From contig CAXXVL010000002.1 in assembly GCA_963667845.2 (NCBI GenBank), positions 1,376,001 through 1,440,000 on the forward strand: DNA of 64,000 bases, written 5' to 3'. The translations under genes and the position numbers were made by a program. This DNA comes from Smithellaceae bacterium (lineage in GTDB: Bacteria; Desulfobacterota; Syntrophia; Syntrophales; Smithellaceae). Positions 9,347 to 17,257 of this stretch are shown here, one piece after another; the first letter of the stretch is position 1, and each line of letters begins with the position of its first letter. Under the pieces are notes generated by a model. It saw only the letters and a list, made by a program, of their open reading frames with translations, was not told the origin of the DNA and ran no database searches.

Positions 9347-10321
9347 TTAGATATCCTGCAATTTATCAATGGCTTTCTTCGACGAGGTAACCAGCTGATC
9401 CGCATCCGGGGTCTTCTTGACCATGCCGGACAGGGACTTGGCCTTGTCGTCTGCGCCGGGAGCGACTGGTTCCGGTGCAACAGATTTTTGCGCAGGAGCT
9501 GGTTCGGGTGCCTGCCTCTGTGCAGGTGCCGACGAAACTGAACTCATTCTGGAACGGAGCGAATTGACCGACTGCACCAGCTCACCGATGGCATCATCTT
9601 CATCCCAGGCAAGCGATCTATTGAATTTCCCGGCGGCGAATTCCCTGAGAGCTGTTGATGTTTCTTCCAGCGGCTCGATAACGCTTGCCGTCAGCATCTT
9701 TTTGATGAAGGAAGGAATCAAAACGATGCACAGGACAAGCAGGATAATAAGGAGAACGGCGGCGACGTAAAAGGTTGTATTCACCGAGCTGTATCCTTTT
9801 TCACCGACATTACTCTCAAAAGCAAGAAGCTGTCCCAAAAGCTGGGTGACGGCTTCCATTCTTTCATTGGCCGAACTCAGGTATGCGGTGCCCGATCCCA
9901 TGGGGGCCAGCCGAATGACTTGGACAGCTGATTTTTCATATTCGACAAGATTGTCCAGGATGGCCTGATAGAATTTCTTCTGCTCCGCGCTAACGTCACT
10001 ATCCAGGGCTTTCTTTACGAGGGCGACGTCTTCGGCAATCTGGGCGATCTGCTGTTCGGAAAGCTTGGTAATTTCCTGCTTGTCCTGACTTGCCGCAACC
10101 ATACTCTTGATTTTGTAAAGATTTGCATGAACTGCATTAACATCTTTTAAGAGTTTTGTACTTCTCTGATAGTCTTTGAAACCGCTGTTAAATGTGCTGC
10201 TTATTGAGGATTTCTGGATGAATAAACCGATGAAGGCAATGAGAATAATAACGATGGCCAGAATCAATATTCGTAAGGTTAGCGCTTTTTGTCCCGACTT
10301 CAAATTATTGCTTGAGTTCAT
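9347..10321 (-). CDS. Membrane protein with MCP-like periplasmic helical domain and HAMP, no output domain
   Basis: TM1, helical periplasmic region, TM2, HAMP (PLEE...DAIGELVQSVNSL), then only a short Pro/Ala-rich tail. Confidence 0.7.
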   Translation of the reverse strand: MNSSNNLKSGQKALTLRILILAIVIILIAFIGLFIQKSSISSTFNSGFKDYQRSTKLLKDVNAVHANLYKIKSMVAASQDKQEITKLSEQQIAQIAEDVALVKKALDSDVSAEQKKFYQAILDNLVEYEKSAVQVIRLAPMGSGTAYLSSANERMEAVTQLLGQLLAFESNVGEKGYSSVNTTFYVAAVLLIILLVLCIVLIPSFIKKMLTASVIEPLEETSTALREFAAGKFNRSLAWDEDDAIGELVQSVNSLRSRMSSVSSAPAQRQAPEPAPAQKSVAPEPVAPGADDKAKSLSGMVKKTPDADQLVTSSKKAIDKLQDI

Positions 10322-10773
10322 GATAAGATTTTTCCTCTCTCATAATTTCTGGTTAGTAATGACGATAATGCCCATAAATTACAATTGCTCTTCCCCCGAT
10401 CCAAAACTTGATTTGATTGTTCTAAAAAAGTGTTTCGTACTGGACTTATGCACCATTTTCGCCAGAATCACAACGTCGCTTAAATGCATAAGCTGTCAGA
10501 CTTCTTAGTGTTTAAGAATACTTGGGGAGCATCATGTTGTCAAGACAATTTTTAATAGAAGAATTTTTTCCCCGAATATGATAAATCCGTGAGTCACTGA
10601 TCAAAATGAACAGTCCATCTTGCTCGATATGCACATATGAAAGACAGAGAGAAAAGGCAATTTCCCTGCTAGTGAAGTGACTTAGTTGATCATCGGATTC
10701 GGGCATGTCTTTTGCTATATACCTTTTGGCAGATATTTATATGATCTTCTTCCGAATCGGAATGGTGTGAAAT

Positions 10774-11337
10774 ATGACAAATGCAAGAAACGGATTTGAT
10801 TTATTAAACGGACAGTCAAATCCTTCAGTGGATAGAAAAGAACAGAAGGTATGGCGCGTTCGAGAAGTCTTGGTTGTTGATGACGAAGAGCCACTTCTCT
10901 TAACGATTTCCGAAGGGTTGAGCATTTATAGGAATTACTTTAATTTGCACACGGCGACGAACGGAGCGGAGGCGGTTAGGGTACTGAAGTCTTCTCCCGT
11001 GATAGATCTGGTTGTTACAGATTTGAGCATGCCCAAAATGGATGGTTTTGAGCTTCTGGCTTACATGAACAGAAACTATCCCCAAATCCCCGTTATCCTC
11101 ATGACAGCCTACGGTACACCCAAGATCGAAGAAATTGTCAGCAGCATGGGAGTATATCGTTACTTGGAAAAACCTCTGGATATTAACATTGTTGCCGATA
11201 ATGTCCTTGCGGCGCTGTCCATTAAATCAGACCAGATGGTTCTAAACACAGAAGATGTTCGAGAGCGGGGACTGAAGAAGACGAGTTATGCATCTGGGTT
11301 TTTTAGCTCGGATTACTATAAGAAAACGATGCCGTAG
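10774..11337 (+). CDS. Response regulator receiver protein
   Basis: VLVVDDE, VVTDLSMPKMDG (phosphoacceptor D), MTAYG, YLEKP. Confidence 0.9.
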   Translation: MTNARNGFDLLNGQSNPSVDRKEQKVWRVREVLVVDDEEPLLLTISEGLSIYRNYFNLHTATNGAEAVRVLKSSPVIDLVVTDLSMPKMDGFELLAYMNRNYPQIPVILMTAYGTPKIEEIVSSMGVYRYLEKPLDINIVADNVLAALSIKSDQMVLNTEDVRERGLKKTSYASGFFSSDYYKKTMP

Positions 11338-11348
11338 TCGTTTGGTGC

Positions 11349-12215
11349 ATGAGGAGTGTTTTTATGGGAGGAGACGTGAAGAAGGATTTCAAGCTAATCA
11401 TCGATAATGAGGATCCGGGTGGTATCTCTGCCGCGGATGCAGGTATCAAAGATGAAGTGCAACGCTTTCCTCTTTTTGGTCTTTCCGTAGGTAGTTTCTT
11501 ACAAGTGATAGCAATGGAGCAGCAAACCTGCATTATGGAAGTCTATCTCAACGCAAATCATTGGGGACATTTTTGTTTTGTAGAGGGGGAACTTCACGAT
11601 GCTGTTTACGGTAATTTGAGTGGAGAAACAGCTGCGATGGAAATGATTTCCTGGGAAAATGTCCGGCTGAACATCAAGCAAATTCTTAACACCAGCAGTG
11701 TTGTGAGAAAAATTGATAAGAATCTCATGCTGCTGTTAATGGAGGGGTCCAGACGCCGTGACGAGGTCCACGAACGTAACACTCGGCCCGACCAGGAGGA
11801 AGAGGCCGAAGATCAGGCAGATGTCGAGATCACTGCTGCTGAGGCCGAACGTGCAAGACTTAACGCCTGCCTCAATATTATGAGCAAGGATATGGATGAT
11901 GCCTTGATGGCCGCCAGTATCTCCAATGTCAGCGAAGGAAAAGTGATGGCGTCATACCAGGCGGCCCCTGAAACGGCAGAAGCTTTTTTGCGTTTAACGA
12001 GGTACTTGACCAACGCCTTTGACGAAAACACGTCCAATCAGTTGGGGGATCACATGATTCTCGATTTGAAAGACAGACAGACGCTTGTTGTTCTGATGAT
12101 CGGGGACCATCAATGGTGTATCGCTTTTAAGAACGATAAGTGCACACTGGGTCTTTTGCGGAACATTATCCTGCCTAAGGTTATCAGAGCATTTAATGAA
12201 ATGAATAAAGGATGA
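11349..12215 (+). CDS. DUF4388/PATAN-like domain fused to a C-terminal roadblock-like domain
   Basis: LSVGSFLQVIAMEQQTC...GELHDA...GETAAMEMISW and LLMEGSRRRDE; C-terminal TLGLLRNIILPK resembles the next ORF. Start may be a few codons downstream. Confidence 0.7.
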   Translation: MRSVFMGGDVKKDFKLIIDNEDPGGISAADAGIKDEVQRFPLFGLSVGSFLQVIAMEQQTCIMEVYLNANHWGHFCFVEGELHDAVYGNLSGETAAMEMISWENVRLNIKQILNTSSVVRKIDKNLMLLLMEGSRRRDEVHERNTRPDQEEEAEDQADVEITAAEAERARLNACLNIMSKDMDDALMAASISNVSEGKVMASYQAAPETAEAFLRLTRYLTNAFDENTSNQLGDHMILDLKDRQTLVVLMIGDHQWCIAFKNDKCTLGLLRNIILPKVIRAFNEMNKG

Positions 12216-12234
12216 AACGATATAAGGAGGCCCG

Positions 12235-12606
12235 ATGAATATCCAGAAGTTGAATGTTTGCCTGGACATCTTGAAGAAGGATTTGGGAGAGGGGTTTGTC
12301 GCCTCATGTATTATCACGACGGAAGACGGGCAGGTGCTGGTGGCTACGGATCAGGCGAATATCGCCGAAGCGACGCTACTTAACGATGCCACTGCTTTTA
12401 TCCGGAATGCGCTGAAAACCTATCCGGCGGAATTAGGCCAGTACTATTATGTCGACGTCGCCGGCAATATGTCGGTCTTAGTTATCCCATTTGGCGATTT
12501 CCAGTGGACGATAACGGTTAATAAGAAACTGGTCAAACTGGGGCTGCTCCTGAATGTCGTATTGCCGGCCATCATCAATGCTTTCGAAGATGCCGTTGTT
12601 TCTTAA
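12235..12606 (+). CDS. Roadblock/LC7-like protein
   Basis: 123 aa, AGGAGG SD, EDGQVL and KLGLLLNV motifs typical of roadblock-fold proteins. Confidence 0.65.
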   Translation: MNIQKLNVCLDILKKDLGEGFVASCIITTEDGQVLVATDQANIAEATLLNDATAFIRNALKTYPAELGQYYYVDVAGNMSVLVIPFGDFQWTITVNKKLVKLGLLLNVVLPAIINAFEDAVVS

Positions 12607-12632
12607 GGCATGCTGGAGGGGGAAAAAGGGTT

Positions 12633-12815
12633 ATGGGAGAAAAACTTGTTCGTATATTCGAAATTGTTCAGGAGCAATCAGGCCTTAAAGGCCGTATGGA
12701 GCTTGCCACCCGGACAGGGATATCGCTTAACAGAGCGTCCCAAATGAAGGATACAGAAGAGCTCGTGAAGAGGATGAAAGACATCGCGAGTTCTATCCTT
12801 GAAAAAAATTCATAA
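12633..12815 (+). CDS. Small helical hypothetical protein
   Basis: 60 aa (GLKGRMELATRTGIS) in co-oriented operon context with a purine-rich SD. Confidence 0.6.
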   Translation: MGEKLVRIFEIVQEQSGLKGRMELATRTGISLNRASQMKDTEELVKRMKDIASSILEKNS

Positions 12816-12990
12816 ATGGAATAATGGTATCTGGTAAGATAATGAACTATTTTCGTTTTAGTCGTCCCTAACCTGGTTTAACAGTTCCACTTTGGAGCAC
12901 ATGGCTTAGCGGGAAATAAACTTGTGGAATGCACATCTGTAGGCTCCGGGGAACGGGCGTACAACAATCTGGACAAGAGGATATACAAAT

Positions 12991-13377
12991 ATGATTTTAG
13001 GTCAAAAGCAACTCGATAAAATACACGATACTTTAACTGAAAATCTCATTGGTTCCGGTGTTCAGAGCGTAATGTTGATTGATACGGCAGGTAATGTGAT
13101 CGCATCGATCAATAACGGGCATGAAACGATGGACTTGTATTCACTTGCGGCGTTGGCCGCCGCCAACTTCGGTGCGATGAGTTGCATGGCCAGGATCGTT
13201 GGTGAGGATGAATTTTCTCTGCTATTCCATAAGGGAGAAAAGGAAAATATTTACTTTTGCAAAGTTAATGAAGAGTTGTTACTCGTGAACATTTTTAACA
13301 ATCAGATTTCGCTCGGTTTCCTTAGACTGAAGATGGCCAAGGTTGTTGAGGAATTGCTCGAGTTATTGACTTTGTAG
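12991..13377 (+). CDS. mglB: MglB-like roadblock protein (putative GAP)
   Basis: LIDTAGNVIA, SLAALAAANFGA, EFSLLFHKGEKENIY, SLGFLRLK; directly upstream of mglA. Confidence 0.88.
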   Translation: MILGQKQLDKIHDTLTENLIGSGVQSVMLIDTAGNVIASINNGHETMDLYSLAALAAANFGAMSCMARIVGEDEFSLLFHKGEKENIYFCKVNEELLLVNIFNNQISLGFLRLKMAKVVEELLELLTL

Positions 13378-13441
13378 CAGTTAAATGAATTCTCGAAGAT
13401 AAAAGGCGAAGATCACTAATCGCCGTTTCAGATAGCAGGGG

Positions 13442-14065
13442 GTGGCAAGTTTGGCGTTTATTAATTTGAAAGACAAAGTGATTCAAGCCAAGATCGTTTA
13501 TTATGGTCCTGGAAGATGCGGCAAAACAACGAATCTCGAATATATATATGATAAATGCCGTACGCAGGTCAATTCAGAGATGGTCACGGTTAAAACGCAG
13601 GGCGATCGCACGCTGTTTTTTGATTTCTTCCCGTTTGATATGGGGAAAATCAGCGGGTATGATGTTAAAATACAACTCTACACCGTTCCCGGACAAGTCA
13701 AGTACAACTCCACAAGACGTCTTGTGTTAAAAGGCGTTGACGGCGTTGTTTTTGTCGCGGACTCATCGGCTGAACGCCGAAACAAGAACATTATTTCGAT
13801 CCGGAATCTGGAAGAGAACCTGACGCTCTACAATAAAAATATCCACGAAATCCCCCTCGTCATTCAATATAACAAAAGAGATCTTGATAAACAGGGCATT
13901 GAAATTCTGGACATTGAGACCCTGGAAAACGATCTCAATGCAGACTTAAAGGCTCCCTCATTTGAAGCCAGCGCCGTAGAAGGGCATAATGTTATCCTGA
14001 CCCTTAAGAAAATCATTTACTACACGATGTCGTCTCTGGAAAAGCAACTGAAACAGGAGCCATAA
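13442..14065 (+). CDS. mglA: MglA-family small GTPase
   Basis: KIVYYGPGRCGKTTNL, DRTLFFDF, LYTVPGQ, GVDGVVFVADS, QYNKRDL, EASA. Confidence 0.93.
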   Translation: MASLAFINLKDKVIQAKIVYYGPGRCGKTTNLEYIYDKCRTQVNSEMVTVKTQGDRTLFFDFFPFDMGKISGYDVKIQLYTVPGQVKYNSTRRLVLKGVDGVVFVADSSAERRNKNIISIRNLEENLTLYNKNIHEIPLVIQYNKRDLDKQGIEILDIETLENDLNADLKAPSFEASAVEGHNVILTLKKIIYYTMSSLEKQLKQEP

Positions 14066-14066
14066 A

Positions 14067-15317
14067 ATGAAAATAAAAGAAGAGTCTTCATTTCTTCAGG
14101 GAGTAGAAAGTCGTCTCGATAGTCTCTTTGCTGAAGACCTCCAGCCACTGGTAGAAAAAGACTCAGATCCTCCCCAGGCAGCCGTGCAGGAACTTCCGCC
14201 CGTTGCTGTTGTCAAGGAGGAAACCCAGGAAATTCCAGCCATCGCCGAACCAAACCATAAATCAGATGTTCTTTCGGAACCCGTCCCGACTGAAGACAAG
14301 TCGTCTTTTATCTCAGAAATCGAAAAGCGTTTTTCTGCGATATTCGGTGAAGACGATAAAGGGGTTAAAGCCGCCGCAGAAACTGCAAAGCGCGATGATC
14401 TGGAAAACATCAATGCAGCCGAGCCGGAGGAAATTAAGCCTGCCGGTCTGGCCCTGGAAGATCTGTCTTCATCTTCGTCTTCCGTTCTCCACTCTCCTTT
14501 GAAGGATATGAAAAGTATTATTCTCTCCATTGAATGGGAAATCAACGACACTATCCTTGAACAATTGGAGGACGAGATCAATAAACTCTATCTGATGTAT
14601 ACGGGCGACCGCGTCATTCAGGGGTTTTTGAGGATCCTCCGTTTCCTGGGAAGGTACGTCCGAGTCCGCGGCGTTCACTCCACTCAGGATTCCATTAACT
14701 TGCTTCTCTATATTTACGACCATCTGGAGAGTGTCATGGTCTCCGAAGGGATGACAGAAGCAAAGAAGCATGTCATCATCAGTGACAGCATCAAGCGATA
14801 CAGGGCATGGGTGGAGAGCGTCGACCTTGAATCTCCTTCTCGAGAAATTCCCGCACGGGAATCCGAGTCCGTTCCCGACAAATATCCGATTACGGAACCG
14901 TCGGAAGAGCAGTTCTCCGAAGAGTGGAAAGCGGATGAAGAACCGTCAGCGGATATCCGGACTCGCCTCGAGCCTATTGCCGATGTTCCCCTCAAACCGA
15001 TCGCCGAGGTTTCCCTCGAGCCTATTGCCGATGTCCCCTTCGAAAAAGCAGTTGAAGAGCCATTCCAACGTTTTTCGGCGGAGAGAGAAGAACCAGCCTT
15101 CATAGAACCGGAAATTGTCCCCCCCGCGCCGCCAACCGTCATTGAAGAAATAACGCCGCAAGCTCGCGGTACAGACATCGAGAAGGCGGTTGCCGCAATA
15201 AAAGACCTGCCGCCCCACGAGGCGTTTATCTACGCGGTGGAAGAGATTAAGAAGAAGTTTCAGTCCGAGTTGGACGCCCTGAAGGAAGAAGTCCGAATCC
15301 TTAAGAATGCGCGGTGA
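14067..15317 (+). CDS. Acidic hypothetical protein with helical core and C-terminal coiled coil
   Basis: Starts 1 nt after the mglA stop; two related ESRLDSLFAED/EKRFSAIFGED motifs; three 24-bp repeats at 14967-15038. Confidence 0.75.
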   Translation: MKIKEESSFLQGVESRLDSLFAEDLQPLVEKDSDPPQAAVQELPPVAVVKEETQEIPAIAEPNHKSDVLSEPVPTEDKSSFISEIEKRFSAIFGEDDKGVKAAAETAKRDDLENINAAEPEEIKPAGLALEDLSSSSSSVLHSPLKDMKSIILSIEWEINDTILEQLEDEINKLYLMYTGDRVIQGFLRILRFLGRYVRVRGVHSTQDSINLLLYIYDHLESVMVSEGMTEAKKHVIISDSIKRYRAWVESVDLESPSREIPARESESVPDKYPITEPSEEQFSEEWKADEEPSADIRTRLEPIADVPLKPIAEVSLEPIADVPFEKAVEEPFQRFSAEREEPAFIEPEIVPPAPPTVIEEITPQARGTDIEKAVAAIKDLPPHEAFIYAVEEIKKKFQSELDALKEEVRILKNAR

Positions 15318-15432
15318 GCGTGCATCGGCGCGGATATTTCCCCGAGACGGCTGCCGGGAAAGTAAAAATTGACCCTTATCGAGAAACAAGTTCAATGTAT
15401 TTCCAGCCGAACGGAAAAGACAGGTTTCCTGC

Positions 15433-15606
15433 ATGATCGTATTCTGTGAAGAATGTGGAGAAAGATATATCATTGAAGCCGAAGAAATAAGAGGCCAGGC
15501 GATGATCTTTATTTGCCGGGCCTGTAATGAAATCATTCGCATTCCGGCTCAGGGAGCGTATTACAAAAAAGGAGAAAAAGCGGAAATCAAGGCTGAAAAG
15601 ATTTAG
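15433..15606 (+). CDS. Stand-alone zinc-ribbon protein (MJ0042-like), 57 aa
   Basis: Below the ORF-track cutoff. MIVFCEECGERYIIEAEEIRGQAMIFICRACNEIIRI..., with two CxxC pairs in MJ0042-type arrangement. Confidence 0.75.
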   Translation: MIVFCEECGERYIIEAEEIRGQAMIFICRACNEIIRIPAQGAYYKKGEKAEIKAEKI

Positions 15607-15649
15607 AAATTTTTCAGGCTAACACAGCATTAACCCGGATCGAACTGCT

Positions 15650-17062
15650 ATGAAGGACGCTCGAATGGATAATAAAAGTGAATTGTTTGATTTAGAACGA
15701 GAGAAGCGGGAGTTGGACACTTTCTTGTCCACGATTGCCGGAGATGGCGCATCGGTGTTTCCGTCCGCGAAAGGTGAGGTTCCGGCAAAGGAAACACCTT
15801 CTTCATCAGCAAAGAATAAATCTGCATTCGAAGCCTTGCAGCGGGAGCCCGCCGGATTGAAGCCGGATCGCCCGGCCGCGAAAATGGAAGTGCCGAAACC
15901 TTCGACCCGCAAAGATAAAGCATACGCGTCAGAATTTATTTCCAAGTTTGCGGATGCTGATCCTGAGCCTCTGGGACGTGCGGAAAAATCCGGCTCGAGG
16001 TCGGATAAAATATCGTCATTTTTAGCGATGGATGAAGAAAAAAAGGCGGAAGCGCCTCTCAGAGTAAAGGTTCCCTCCGGCGTCAAACCACTGGAAAGTT
16101 TTAAGACGATGACCCGGTTTGACAGGACAATAAAATCTGAAGAACGAATGCCTCTGGAATCGAAGCCATTGGAAATGAAGCTGCCGGAATCGAAACCTCG
16201 GGAAGCAAAGCTGCCGGAATCGAAGCCGCTGGAAATGAAATCTCGGGAAGCAAAGCTGCCCGAATCGAAGCCGCTGGAAATGAAACCTCGGGAAGCAAAG
16301 CTGCCGGAATCGAAGCCGCCGGAAATGAAATCTCGGGAAGCAAAGCTGCCGGAATCGAAGCCGCTGGAAATGAAACCTCGGGAAGCAAAGCTGCCGGAAT
16401 CGAAGCCACTGGAAATGAAATCACGGGAAATAAAGCCACTGGAAACGAAACCGCTTCCGGAAATCAGGAAAGCGGCAACGGATATCAGATCGGAGAAGAA
16501 AACAGAAACCGCCGCTCCATATGATTATTCGCCGAAGAAGGGCATCGGCAAAGGCAAATTGATCGGGATTTTTATTGTCGTAATTATTTTGCTGCTTGTC
16601 GGATACCTGGGGTTCTTTTCGAAATCATTTATTCCCGGCGTCAAAAATTTATTCAAGACCGAGTTGGGCACCTCCACTTCATCCGCCAAAGGTATTAATC
16701 TGCTCGGTGTGCGGCAGAGGCTGGTTTACAATGTAAAATTAGGGAGAAGTATCCGCGTGGTCGAAGGGATTGCTCAAAATCCAACCTCGCAGCCCGTTTC
16801 AAAGATCAAAATTGTAGCGAATCTTTATGCTGCAGACGGAGCGTTACTGGCTTCGATGGAATCTTTCGGCGGTCAGATTCTCATTGACTCGCAACTGGAA
16901 AATCTGGATGAAGCCGGTCTGGTTTCCGAACTCGGTAAAAGTAAAGTATCGGAAGACAAAATACCGGCCAGCGGGCAAATACCATTTATGATTATTTTCA
17001 CCAAGGAACTGACAGGGGTTCATAGACTATCCGTATTGGCGATTGACTATGTGAAACATTGA
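15650..17062 (+). CDS. Bitopic membrane protein: low-complexity cytoplasmic region, TM, DUF3426-like periplasmic domain
   Basis: TM LIGIFIVVIILLLVGYLGFF; C-terminal VVEG.AQN...LYAADG...IPASGQIPFMIIF. Confidence 0.7.
   Translation: MKDARMDNKSELFDLEREKRELDTFLSTIAGDGASVFPSAKGEVPAKETPSSSAKNKSAFEALQREPAGLKPDRPAAKMEVPKPSTRKDKAYASEFISKFADADPEPLGRAEKSGSRSDKISSFLAMDEEKKAEAPLRVKVPSGVKPLESFKTMTRFDRTIKSEERMPLESKPLEMKLPESKPREAKLPESKPLEMKSREAKLPESKPLEMKPREAKLPESKPPEMKSREAKLPESKPLEMKPREAKLPESKPLEMKSREIKPLETKPLPEIRKAATDIRSEKKTETAAPYDYSPKKGIGKGKLIGIFIVVIILLLVGYLGFFSKSFIPGVKNLFKTELGTSTSSAKGINLLGVRQRLVYNVKLGRSIRVVEGIAQNPTSQPVSKIKIVANLYAADGALLASMESFGGQILIDSQLENLDEAGLVSELGKSKVSEDKIPASGQIPFMIIFTKELTGVHRLSVLAIDYVKH
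16148..16462 (+). repeat. Coding tandem repeat, 15-bp units organised into 45-bp higher-order units
   Basis: About 21 pentapeptides in the order KLPES-KPLEM-K(S/P)REA. Confidence 0.92.
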
Positions 17063-17257
17063 ACCCCGGCTGATATCGTTTTCATTCTTGCATTAACTTC
17101 GCTACCGCGCCAAAAAATGTCCTTCGGGACTGATTTTGCTTTCCTATAGACCATTTCATTTCTTAACGCCGGCGGGCATGATAAGTTTTTTTGATCCTTA
17201 CCATCCCTCTTCATATCGCATGTGAAGGGGAATTCTTTTTTAACAGGAGGACTGTTT

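Noticed and set aside
15604..15650. Stop-codon read-through fusing the zinc ribbon to the DUF3426-like protein
   Set aside because: The two ORFs are in different frames and I see no convincing frameshift signal.
16148..16462. CRISPR array
   Set aside because: Contiguous in-frame coding repeats with no unique spacers and no cas genes.
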